DNA of 64,000 bases. Origin: Bugula neritina (lineage: Eukaryota; Animalia; Bryozoa). Both the position numbers and the translations under genes were made by a program. Location of the stretch: assembly GCA_964035545.1 (NCBI GenBank), contig OZ037767.1:15566998-15630997 (forward strand), in the 5' to 3' direction. The notes beneath the pieces were generated by a model. The model was not told the origin of the DNA. It saw only the letters and a program-made list of their open reading frames with translations, and did no database searches. Below are positions 24,401 to 37,779 of this stretch, piece after piece (within the stretch, counting starts at the first letter, position 1; each line of letters begins with the position of its first letter).

Positions 24401-25997
24401 GTTTAAGTTACTATTGCCATTGTGATTGCCGGTAATGAGTAAATATAACTTAAATTTATATGACTATTACTATTACTATTAGTATTACTATCACTTTCAG
24501 TACCGGTCTAGTATCAGTATCACCTTAATTCAAAATCAATGTATAATTTATCAAATTACTTTTATATTATCATTTATCAATAATATGTCTATCACTATGA
24601 TATTATCATGATATTGATTTTTAATTTAAACATAATAAAATCATAGGTATAATCATAATGATAATCATAATGCTTAATTTTACTTTTAGTTCAGGTTCAA
24701 TGATTTAAGAGTAAGTGAAAGTTACTATAACTATTGCCATTGTGATTGCTAGAAATAAGTAAATATAATTTAAATTTATATGACTATTACTATTACCAAC
24801 ACTCAGACTTACTCGGACTCACTCTGTCTCTAACTCTAAGTCTGAGTCTCACTCCACCAGAGTGAGAGTGACACTGAATTACTATAACTATTAGTATTAC
24901 TATAACTATTAGTATTACTATTAGTATTAGTATTAGCAAAATATATCAACCTTATGATTATCTTATTAGTTATTACAATATGTTCGGCATTGATGTTGAA
25001 CTAAAAATATTAATAGTTATTACAATCACAATGACAATGCCAATATGATCAAAGACAAATGATTCCAAGCAGTTTCAGTTTGAGTTGAAGGTAAGTTATA
25101 AATATAAGTTGAAGTAGTACGTAAGTGGTAGTTGATACTGATACTATCAGTGATAGGTCTATACTCCATACCAATGAACTCAATAATATTACCTATATAT
25201 TACCATAAACTATATTACTATTATTATTACCTATAACTAAAATATATTCTTTCTTTTCCAGCTCAGTGCTTCATACCCTCTACTTAGTCTAATGCCGCGC
25301 ACATGACGAGAATGTGAGGTGAAGGTCACTCACAGCTAAAATCGCCAAGGATCTGAAATCCATCACTAGTAGTAGTAGTTCTAGTAGTCGTACTACCAGT
25401 AATCTGGCTTCGCTATGACACTACGAATTGAATGTTGACAAGACGCATGCATGTTTGCTGTTGGTAAACTAATTTTTACTGAATTTTAATCATGCTAAGC
25501 TGCAACCTATTTTCTAATAAAATAATATATTCAATAATAATATAATAAATATAATAATTATCATTATAATATTTTATCATTTAATTTTATAACTTTTACT
25601 TTTAGTTTTAGTATTTTGGTTTTACATCGAAATTTACATCATTATGATTATCATTATGATTACAAAATGAAAATAATTATCATTAATCATTACCTTTTAA
25701 TTTATGATTATAATTAATGTTAGAATTACCACAATTACAATCATAATGATAATCATAATGGCATAATGCCAATGATAATCACAATCGTAACACTAATAAT
25801 AATAGTAATAGTCAAACTCAAGGATTGAGCCAATGATTCAGATTGTCTAAATTTAATTAAATAAATTTCAGCCTTGGGTTTAACTTTACAGTTCACAATT
25901 TTATTTTACATTACGACTGAGAGTCACAGTAAGACTAAGAAAAAGAGTAAGTCATACCTTTCTTGCAGTTATTTTCAAAGTTTGTAGTTGTACTGGT

Positions 25998-26132
25998 ACA
26001 GTAGTAGACCTAGTAGTAGTACTAGTAGTAGTAGTAGTAACAGTACTATTAGTAGTAGTAGTAGTAGTAGTACTAGTACTAGTAGCAGTACTAGTACTAG
26101 TTGTAGTACTAGTATCAGTGGTAGTAGTAATA
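25998..26132. repeat. (AGT)n-type microsatellite
   Basis: agtagtagt/actagt runs; source of the poly-Ser ORF 25988-26173. Confidence 0.85.
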
Positions 26133-27192
26133 GGACTGCGATCTTAGATGTAAGTCTAATGAAATACGAATAATAATAGTATAAGTATAACTTTTACATA
26201 TTTAGTTTTACTATAAGTGTAAATATAATGAGTAATAGTAAAACTCAAAGTATATACATTAACTCAGTTTAGCATTAATGATAAAATATAATAATTATAA
26301 TAAAGTAATATGATCACCATTACGATTATAATTAAAATTCTTAGTAACACTTTTATGATACTCAGTTTAATTTATTAATATTAAACATTAGTTTGGCTAC
26401 CACAAATAACTAATAAGTGCTACTATAGGTAACTGTAAAGATAAGTATAAATTTAACTATAACATAGACTATCAGCAATAATAATATATCATATTGATAT
26501 TAAACTATATATGGATAATGCAAATCATAGATCATACCTCATGATAATTATTCCTAATGATCTTACTTTTTATATGCTGATGCCAATAAGTAGTAATTTT
26601 AAATTTGATAACTCATGAATGATGAATAAGATAACAAGAATAATACTGGACCTAGTAATACTATTAGTCCTACTACTAGAATTTTATTATCTTATATTTG
26701 TAATACGCTTCTTTTAGTAATACTGCTGGTCAAAGTTAGTGTTAATCATATTTATAGTTAAATGTTGAAGGAATAAATTAGTTCATAACATAAACATTTC
26801 ACTATGTGAATATGAAATTTAATATGAATATCCCAATTATACTTGCTGTTGCTCTTTAGAGACTAGAGTTATAACTTATAACTATGATATAATAATGAAT
26901 ACCATTATTTTAACTAATCATATTACTCAGCTAATGTTAATGATAACTGTAAGTCTAAAAACCATTACGGTTATAGGTATCACTGACTAATATTATTAAT
27001 AATATAATCATTCGTTTTATACTTGTACCTATATTTATATTTATACTTATACCTATTTTTATACTTATGATCATATCTATACTTTCACGTATGCTTGTAC
27101 ATTTTACTCATAGTATCAGGGTGGCAATCGAAAAGTCATAATCGATATGCTAATCTAATAATAGAACCAACTGCACTATTATTATTATTATT

Positions 27193-30065
27193 GTTGATTG
27201 ACCGTAGTTTTTTAGCTGGTGTAACCTTTTACCATTGGCCTAGTTATACTAGGCTGAAATGGCTAGAACTTTCCTCAGGATGTGAGCTTATCCTGATCCT
27301 AGTAAGGGTGTCTGCTGAATTAATGAGCATTTGTTTTCAGCTACTCCAAGTAGTGTCAGCCAGTCTACAATCTTGTATAAAGCTCCAAAGGCTCCAGTTA
27401 CAACGGGATGACTTTTTTGATGTTTTCCAATAACAGGGACTGTGATATCAATTATCGTTGTTTCAGCATTATGCTTGTCAACTACTAATATATCGGGTCT
27501 CCTAACTTTGATGACTACGTCAGTGTGTATGTTAAAATCTTACAAGGTTTTCACATTATCATTTTCCAGTACTTATTCTGCTTGATGGCCGTACCAATTC
27601 TTACTTTTCTGAAACCCACGAAGTTCACACAACTACTATTGAAATTATCAATGCCAAAAGGTTGTGTTTTTTCTTATATTCTCCTTCTGCTACCTTCTCA
27701 AACTCACTCAATACGTGCATCGAAGTTTTGTCTCTTGCGTTACACATTCCACACTTCTTGCTACCCTGTTCTCTCATCCTAGCCACTTTATAATTTCTAG
27801 TAGTGAATAGTTGATTTTGCGCAGCTGTCAGCAGTCCTTCTGTTTCCTTTTTCAGCCAACCATACTTCAACCAGTTCCAGGAAAATGCTTTCATGTCTTC
27901 TACCATTTTGATGTATTGACCACGTGAAGCTTTTCTTTACACTCATCAGTTCTTTCTATCACTTTATCATTATTTAGTTCTACCGCTGTTCTGTCTTTTA
28001 GGAAGGTATTCAGTGTGGTGTTTCTATCAGTCTATGTTATATTTAAGTAGTCTGACATGCTGCAGTTTTCAATCTTTATGCATTTTTCAGTTGACAACAT
28101 TCTTCTACCGCCTTCCCTTCTGCTAAAATACAGCCTGCCTACATCTGCTCTCGGATAGGGTGCACGGTTTGTTGTCATTAGCTTCCTTGTCTTTCAGTCT
28201 GTATTTTTAGCTCATGAAACAGTTCAGTCAAGTATTCTAGCTGTGTAATGCACTGCTGTTACTGCCCATGTGTTTATTGCTTTGATTGTGTTCTCACCAT
28301 TCAGTTTTGAATCCAGAACTTTTCTTATTTGTTTGTAGTACTCCTTGATCTTATTTTTCATTTCATATATTTGTATTCCATCAATCTCAAGAACTCCTAG
28401 ATATTTATACAGCTTCTCACCCAGATCTTTGATTACCTGTTCATCAGGCAAACTGATTCCTGTGTCCTTAATTTTCTTTCCCTTTCTCATAACCAGTGTG
28501 GCACATTTTTTAATCCAAATTTCATTTCTATATTCCTTGTGAAAATCCCGGCAGTGTTTACCAAAGCTTCCAGTTCCCACTTTGATTTCCTATTTACCTT
28601 CAGGTCATCCACATATAGGAGATGGTTTGTTTTCTGTCTCGTCGAAATTTGCATCATTGAGCCGCTTCTGTCATGCGAATCGGTAGTTGGAGAAAAGGGA
28701 TAGAGATAAAGAGTCTCCTTGGAAAATTCTTAGTTTGATCTTTATTTCTCCTATCTTTTCTTCCAGGTATTTCAGTTGTGTTTTCCAGGTTTCATGCTTT
28801 TTCTTATCAACCTTATGACATTAATTGCTATTCCAGTTGTTTGCATCGTTTCTAAGATTTAATTTCCTTGTCTTTACATATGCTCCAATTTGTTGCTAAC
28901 TTTATTTAGTCATTCTGCATTGGTATTATTTTTAGTTGGCTGACCCCATATATTTTATCAGAATGCTTTTGATTTTCGTGTCAGGTGCCTCTTTAGATGT
29001 ACGTATTCATTTCCTCGTAATTCTTGATAAAAGCGCTTATCATTGTAAACATTGTGTTCTGATTATATTGATCAACTCATTCTGTATATCTGTTTATCTT
29101 CTGGCTTACAGCTCTCAGGTTTTGCTTCAGTTTTTCAATCACTACACCACACTCTTTGTTCTTTATCCTATATTTTTCTTCAACCATTCTTCTCAATGAA
29201 TCATTGTAAGCTCTACTTTTTCACTCTGCTATTTTACTTAAGTCTGATCTAATTTCTTTTTATTTCTTCTGCAGTCGTATTTTCCATACTTGTACATTGT
29301 CAGTTTTTCTTTTTCCTTTTTGTTACACACTTGTTCTGTTACTATTTTTCGCACAAGCCATGGTGGTGTTATTAAGCTCAATGGTATTAATAATCTCAAC
29401 ACAGTTTAGCACATCATTAATCTGTTTTACTGCCTATAGTAATTTGACCCTCTCAATGTGCCCAAGGGCTCTTAGTGTTGGTCGATCATTAGATAGTTTG
29501 TTATGCTCATTTATAATTTTTCTACTAACACTTTTTCTACCTCTGAACTAGGTACTCTTAAAATTCTCGTGGCTGATTTATATGCTATCTCATGTTGTAC
29601 TATAACATCCTCTATTTGCAAATTTAGCTCTTCATTATCTTCTTCACCAGTTGATGTGCCTAGTTCTTGCAAGGTTCCTTCTTCAATCTTATGGAGTTCT
29701 TCTTCCATAAAATGCTTGTGTTTCTTCATAGTTCTTGCTTAATCCGCTAGTCTCTATTCGCTGATGTTAAACTCTCCTCTGTTTTCCAGCGTTTGCACAT
29801 TCTTTTCAAATAATTCTTTGATCCGGGTCTACAGAGCTCATACATTGTTTTTCTATAACCTCTCAATTTGGGTGTACTTTTGAAGCAGCATTTCATGACA
29901 ACTTTGTTGTCTTCTCTTGAGTATCTTCTTCTAGTTGTACCATTAACGGGTTGACGGCCGTAGGTTGCCTGGCCCTCCACATACCCACTGCCAGACGAGA
30001 CATGCCATGTTTAGTTAGACATACCATTAACGTCGTTGGCTTTATTAGTTCTATTTTAATGGATC
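27193..30065 (-). mobile_element. Decayed R4/Dong-clade non-LTR retrotransposon (RT plus restriction-like endonuclease)
   Basis: N-terminal RRRYSREDNKVVMKC..GYRK; RT motifs IFQGDSLS (~28710) and HLLYVDDLK (~28600); YKYLGVLE; LKKETEGLLTAAQNQ; C-x2-C..H; RLE motif RPDILVVDK..IIDITVP (~27436-27505). Many stops and frameshifts; (TAT/TAA)n on both flanks. Confidence 0.85.
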
Positions 30066-32140
30066 ATATTATTATTTTTAATTATTATTATTATCACTAT
30101 CAGCAGCAAATAAATAATTTTATATTTGTTATTAGTTACTACTTATAGAAATTGAGTGCCACAGCTTGAGGGTTATAAAGTCAGTCTTAGTCAATGTAAT
30201 GGGGATGCTGATACTGACATTTGGCTTTGAGCTCATAGTTAAATTGCTAACAACTATACCTAAGGATAACAGGAGTATTAAAATGTTAATTTATAAGGAT
30301 TATAACCTTAGAGTGGAGATATTATTCTCAATTTATTTAGTTTTTACTTTACTAACTTTTATTTTATTCATCAACCTTACTGTCTATTTAAATAGCAAAC
30401 TAAAGAATAATTATGAAGGCCTTTGAATTGAAGTACTTTTCTGTAGCTGATTAGATTTCAAGTATTAAAATAACATACTAAGACAGAATACCATTATATG
30501 AGCTAGATTAATAAAGTAAAGAAGATTTTTTTGTTAATCAAAATATAGGTGTCACATATGCCTATTTTTAAGATTATGTTCTTATATGTGCTGTCTTTTT
30601 AATATTTTTAAAGTGCTACATTTTGAGGGTAGCCTACATCAATATGACTGCCCTGTAATTGCTTGTCAACTATAAGAGTTAGACCTATAAACTGTCTCAT
30701 TTTCAAATTATCTTTACTTTTCTAATTGATGTTAACATGACTATTCCTATTAGTATTTTGGTGTTTACCATTAGTAATGTTTGAACTAACATCAATATCA
30801 TTGTTAATTTGTCTAATTATTCAAATTTTAATATTCATCATTTGTGAACAGTAATAAAATTTTGTCTTTCTTAAATTAATGTGATGCTAGATTAGCTACT
30901 CTAGCAAGTGTGTATTGTGCAATGAGTACTAATGCCATATTTTTGCACTTCTTGTTCTATATAATTTAGATTTAAGGTAACAATTCCTAAAGCTATCACA
31001 TAATGCTGCTATCAGTTATAAAGATGTCACTGATCCAAACATTGAAAACCAGCTGAGTGCATGCAAGGTTGAAAACTTATTTTCTCTGGTTAGGTAAGTA
31101 GAAAGGTATTTGCTGTAATTTACAACTATTTTGTTTTCAACATCCTTGATGTTCATCTCTAAAAGATAAGTAGCACATAATGGTACCTGTTTTACTTAGC
31201 AGAAGAAATTATTGTCAAAGCTCTATTACTACATTTTAAATTGTATGACACTCTTTTGACTACATTTGATTTCATATCTCAAATAATTATATTTCTGATT
31301 CATGAAACTGTAACCACACACTTGAGAACAAAATAAATAATGATATGGAAGCTTTCTTTAACTTTGTCAATTTAGTCAACAGCCAATGACTGAAAACATG
31401 TTTTGTACACTATTGATTGCCTCTCTATTTCTGCTATAAGGCAGAAACTTTAATCTCAAAATTTAAGACACTGGCAATTCTTCCCAATAATCCGTTGTTC
31501 AAAACAAATATTTTTTGCCAAGTAATATAGTATTTAATTATATTTTTCAGTCAAAGAAATTTGTTTGGTTTCTTGTGTCATCTTGAATAGCTTGTTATTC
31601 ATTATCTTTTTCTTTGTGTTATGACTATGAGTGTATATAACCTTTGCTGACAGGTTTTTCCCCCATCACTATATGTTTCTCTGTTTACTCTCTAACAGTT
31701 TTATTTCCGTTCATTTTTTAGAGTTTACTAAAATGACATGGGTGTGCTTTGTTGTGGCTCCTAATTGAGCGCATCCGTTGAGATTATTGGAAGTTTTGTT
31801 GAAACTGGGCTGAGGCCTCTTACTCCTAAAGGCAAGAATTTGAGTCATCTTAGCTACTTGTAGCATATCAACATCGAACAGCACCATTCCACTACTCTAA
31901 GCTTAAGGTTTTGGCTGCATTAGATCAACAGGTAAGTTTAATAGTTTGTATTTCGTACACTATTTCATGATGTCTGTTCAGCATTTACTTGGTAGCACAC
32001 ATTTATAGATTTTGCATTCTTTTAGTTTTTTGCAGTACAACTTTTCTACACAACTATTACACTGTTGTTGCTGTTAATTGTAGTTTATTCTGCTTGACCA
32101 TGCAATTATTGAATTATGTTGCAAAGGTGATTGAGTCCTT

Positions 32141-32519
32141 TTATTTAATTTAGTACACACTGGAAATCTGCAGTTTTTAGCCATTTTTACAATTTAGCTG
32201 CTAATGAACAATGCTTTTTGCTTAAAATTAGTGAGACATCAAGAAATACACCTAAATAATCAAGGTTCTTCTTAATTTTGCATGATTTCTCATGTTTTTT
32301 CCTATTTATTCATTTCATTTGGATTGCCTACTGTTACAAACTAACCGTGGCGATCCCCAGTCAGAAGTTGCTGTAATTAGAAAAAAGCATAGGAAATCAA
32401 AGAAAATTAAAAAGAGCCTTGATTATTTAGGTGTATTTATTGATATTTTGTAGTTTCGGGCCAAAACTCATGTTCATTAGCAAAAACTTGAGGTCTTCAG
32501 TATGTACTAACTTAAATAA
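32141..32519. mobile_element. Degenerate foldback MITE
   Basis: Perfect 22-bp inverted core (32244-32265 vs 32417-32438) within longer imperfect arms. Confidence 0.65.
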
Positions 32520-35500
32520 AATTAACCAATTGCAGTAAATTTCTGCATTTTCTAATACTTCTTAAATTTACACCTAAAATAGTGCTGTCTTAAGAAAATG
32601 ACACTAGCTGCTGTTTTCATGTATGTGCCCCAATTGTATATAATGCTGTTGATTTGTTTAGTGCTTTTTCTATTTGTTTGTTATATAACTTTTCTTTTAT
32701 GGTTGTTGCCAGCACCTAAAGCATTATTCATTAATGTCAATTAATTTCTACTCACAGTTTTACTGTTACATAGTTTATAAAGCCCTTGTGTCAACTTTTC
32801 TAGATATCCTGGTTAAAATTGTTCCACTTGATGAATGGCATAGGGCATATGCAATAGCAAAACAGTTGCAGGCTGTTTTGGAAAAAAAATTGTGCATATA
32901 ACCTTTATTTTATACATGTTATTTAGGCTTCGGTAGAACTGTTGGAGAGCCTTCCTTTTGAATAAAGCTACTCAACTTCCTGGATTCTACTTTATTGACA
33001 TTAACCCACTACCTACAAAACGCCTTGAAATTTAGCTAATAAATTATGTATTTTGTGATTTTTTTTAAATGTACAATGTTATGTATAAATTACAATCAGT
33101 TTATATATATATACATGTCTTTTACTACTTAGTATTACAGTGTAAAAAGCATTTCAGGGTTAACAATTTAATTAATTGACCCTAACAGTAATTATGTATA
33201 ATACAGATTTGCAGATGCTTTAAATGAACCCAAAAAGCTGATGTTGTTAAACAGTGTACAAAATAGTCACCTCATATCAGCCAGACATGCTTAGTCATTA
33301 CCTAGCATTAAAATCATATTATGAATGCAGTCAAGTTTTGATATGCATCCCTATTATTGATAGTTTGTGAACCAGCAATTAAATATCAAGAAGCAATATT
33401 ACTAACCAATGTGCTGGTTAAAGAGTTTCAAGTTGTAGTTATAGTATCAAACTATTATAATGGCATAAAAACTATCAGTTAAAACATCTTATTAATATTT
33501 ACTACAGGAATACATAATATTATAGGTGTGCTAAAAATCTGGTAGAAGCATCAATTATTTTAGATGTTTTGGATTTAGTATCTCTGTACTATAATGTAAT
33601 ATACAAAACATCAGGTGCTGTCTCCACAGTGCATTGATGGCATTAATGAATATTAATACATGCAGGCAGTGTTGGTAATGATTTATTGAAATAGGAGTCT
33701 AAAAACTGTTTAAACAACAATGAAAAGCCTGAGATTAGTCCAAGGAGAGGGGTATTTCAAGCTAGCAGATGAGCAATATAGATGCGAAAGTCTTGCCTAA
33801 AAATCATTATTGTTATATCTAGTCATTAATTTCTTGCAATAGATCTATTTCACTATTGAGAAGAACAAAATTAGCTAGTAAACACTGTAATAGAGTCAAG
33901 GCACTTTGGCAGTGCTAGTTTAAAATAAACCTGGGATAGTCGAATAGCAGAAGTACTTTTTGATGCATAATATAATTATGTACAGCTTAAGATTTTGCAA
34001 TACTGTGTTTTCAGTGCGATATTAATTTCAATAGCTACATTAAAATAATGTACAATTCTAGCAAGTGATGCAAAATTTTCTAAGATGCTATGACTGTAGC
34101 AGTTTGCTACTAGTCTCAAGTAACAAACCAAATAGCCTTTCTTTGTGCCATCATCCAAATGCCAAACAAATAACTCATTCACTCTGTAACAACAAGGTGG
34201 TCTCCCAAGTAGATTGTTAGACATTTCAGGCATTAATAACCAAAAGCTTTTCACTTTGGCATAATTGTATAGTTACCCAGCTAAATAAATAATGTATTCA
34301 TGGTATTGTAATTCCAAGCCATGCATTTATCTGTGAATGCAGCTAAGTATTTAATACGGCCATATATTTATGTACTATGTAGCAATGCCTAATGTAGCTG
34401 TCAAGCTTCTACTTATACTCATTTTAGTGATGCTTTACTTCTGATTACATGATTACAAACATAGCAGTTCAAACAAAATTATTTTAGATAGGAATAAATA
34501 TAATGCTCCTAGCAAATGTTGTAAAACTATTTTCCAAAAACATATACTTTGCAAACAAACTTTTCAGAAAGTTATAATGCATTTATCATATTATTGTTTC
34601 ATTTAAAAGTTATAATGATAGAATATTATACTTAAAACACACTCAAATTTTTAGATTCTTGTAATATTGTTAAACAAGAGTTAACAGTAAGATTGGCTGT
34701 AGAGTAGAATGTTTAGCTGTTTGTACTGAAGCTAACAAGTAACTGGCATTAAAAAGAGATGTAGATAAAAAGTGGCAGAATAACAACTGGCTTGTATATT
34801 GGTAGTGCAAAAAGCTGTATATAACAGTTTAAACAAATACCCATTAGAATAAATGGTAACCCAGTACTTAAAATGTGGTATGTCATAATACATATTTGTG
34901 GTGTATTGACTAGGCTAGATCAACACATAGCACTATATAATTGCTTTAGTATTTACAATTAGTTTGTGGTCTGGTGGGATTTGTTGATAGCCATTGTCTT
35001 TATTAACATAACAGTTTCATAAAATTAGCAGTTTTCCTTATTCACCTAGTTAATTTTTAAGATTTATGTACAATATTTACATATTAGGATATAAAAAATA
35101 TCTTCAACCAGTGAATATCAAAATAATGATTAAAGACATATTTTACGTCATATTTTTGTGGCAATCTAAATAATAAGCTGGTCTAAATTGTACTTGTGCA
35201 AACAGAACCAGCTCATGAATATATGTTGTCTTTTTTTAACTTGACAGTTAATCTAATATGGATGTGTATTTTATACTTGCTTTTGTGTTTAAGGTGATAA
35301 AATTGCACTGGTAAGGTAAATAAACATTGCTTGTTTGGCATGCTTTTTCGTGGCATTGCATATTATGCTAAACTAATGGCCAGTTTTGCAGTAGCTTCAC
35401 CATAACCTTCAAAACAATGCAAATATCATCTAATTATTGTAAGCTTTTTAAGTTAATTTGTTTAGCTATAAACACATGTAAAACTATTAGGCTATTCCAA

Positions 35501-37591
35501 TTTCACGATATACATAGCTCTATAATTCTGAAAAACTGCTAGGTAAAGTGGAAATTAAACATGATCTATTCATTGCTAAAGTATTACAGCTATGAATAAT
35601 ATATATGTTATTACCTGAGTGATATCACAATCTTCACTTGCTAAGTTAGTTTAAATACAGGAAAAAAAAATAATTCTGGGGAAAAATTATATATGAGAAG
35701 CTGTTTTTGTAATAATTCCCTGCTCTAGAGTGGTTTTGAAGAATTGTTTTAAAGCAAAACTTTTGCATACATGAGATGAATAAAATCATTGAGAGTTTTA
35801 TGAAGGTCTATTTGTGCATAGGTAGCCCTATGTCACAACTCAAGTTTTTAGATTTTATGTAATTTGTGGTGCAAAGTTGCAAATAAAAACCTTATTTTAA
35901 TAATACTTAGACATATGCAAGCAATAAAGATAATGAAAAAAATGCTATAGTTGCTAATTAGCTAATATTACTTGCATATGATGCAAATATTTGTATGCAT
36001 GCATGTTTAGTTTATTAGCATTGGTTAGATATAATTGAATATATAGATTTGATGTGGAAATTGAAGAAAATCAATATGTTGTGTTCTATATACAACAACA
36101 GTTTTTACATTGGTTTGTTAATTACTTCATAAATCATTTATTACTTCATGCAATATTTGTTCCTGCAATTTTGCAGAGTTGCAAAATGCATTTCAAAGAC
36201 ATATATTAAGTGATTTTAATTATACTAGAATTTTCAAACTAAGAATTTTTGGGGAGTTTTCTTCTTCCTAAGACATATGTGGCAATTGAACACATAATAA
36301 GTTGTGGGCCACAACTCCTTTATACAACCTTGCAAGAAATTATGCAGCCATTTAAATAGAAAAGGAATTATTGAATTTATTTATTCAACATTATTAGTAT
36401 TTTATAAATATTTGTTGCATTTAATTAATGAGCATAAAATTTGTTTTACAAATACTGTAATTAACAGCATATGGTAAAAATATATTATATATACTGGAAT
36501 ATATTTTGTATTGTATTAGAATTAGGCTATAACATTGCTAATTAAAATGAGTTAATGGCTAAGTTTAAATATCTTCGGCTTATAGATTACATTTTTATGT
36601 GCTATAAAAGTTTAACTCGTTTGTTACGCCATTTCTCCATGCATAAAAGCAAAACTTACGGCAAGAAATCCTTAGCTAGAAAGATAAATAATAATTTACT
36701 TTAATTACATCAAAAGCTAATATCAGCAAGCACTCTATAAATAATGGGAATTTACCTAGCGTAATTTCTCTTAAACTAGCTAAGCTTGCTTGGTACTTTA
36801 ATAAGTTTATTGGCATAGTGTATTATGTTATACTTATATATTTTTAAGACTTTAAGGAAAATGATGTTTTAGCTGCGTTATTCCTAATGCAAGCCTTATA
36901 AATTTACAATATATACTAAAATATTATATTTATAATTAGAAAGAAAACAAATTACTTTCATAAACTTATAATTATTGCATTCTGTTATTGTTAATGCTAG
37001 AATAACAAATTGAACACGGCATATGCTTCCATAACCAGATGCTTTTAAACGGATTAAAAATAATTTGTCAATTTCTAATTATGAGGAACAAACTCCTCGG
37101 TAGTTTCTACATTTGCGCATGATTTTATCAAGATAGGCTTGCTTTTGTGTCAACCTGTAGCCAGTGCAACTATACTTTATGTAACAAGTAAAACAGACTC
37201 ATTTCAAAGTACACAGTCTAAAGGGTAGGAATTACTACAAAGAAAAGTGCCGGTTAAAAGTTAATTATAATTGGAAATAAAGTGAAATATCAGTCAGAAA
37301 TTAAAAAGTGTCAACTAAAAAGGTGTATTGTTATTTCTTTTTGGCTTAATGAAAATGTTTTTTGAGGAAGAAGTACGAGAAACATCTAGGAGGGGTTCAT
37401 ATCCACCACTGGCGACTACCTGTTTATTGATGAAGAACTATCCAATGATAGTATAGTATTATGGTCTTTTGCCTTATAATTGGCTTTGATTTTTTTATGT
37501 CTAATTACGAGATACTAAACAGATGCAAAGTATGTTGTGCATAGGCAGTTTTTTTATGTCTCTAAACAACATTCTAGGAAAATATATACTG

Positions 37592-37779
37592 CTTCAACTA
37601 CGGGCTATTATAATTATGCCGATAAACGAGATACTACACTCAGACTGCCCTGTTATAGTACTATGATTGGCTACTGCAAAATTTTTGCCGATAGACAACA
37701 TTTAATTATGATGTAATGTATCTCGTATTGGTACATAAGTGTTATGTCTGAGGACGAGATACTGTGAAATTATGCCCTG
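37592..37779 (-). repeat. Right 188-bp TIR
   Basis: CTTCAACTACGGG..CTGTGAAATTATGCCCTG. Confidence 0.95.

Larger units (their letters stand above)
17219..37779. mobile_element. 20.5-kb segment bounded by 188-bp terminal inverted repeats (CAGGGC termini; putative large DNA transposon, no intact transposase seen)
   Basis: 17219-17406 is the reverse complement of 37592-37779 with 2 mismatches; no TSD. Confidence 0.6.
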
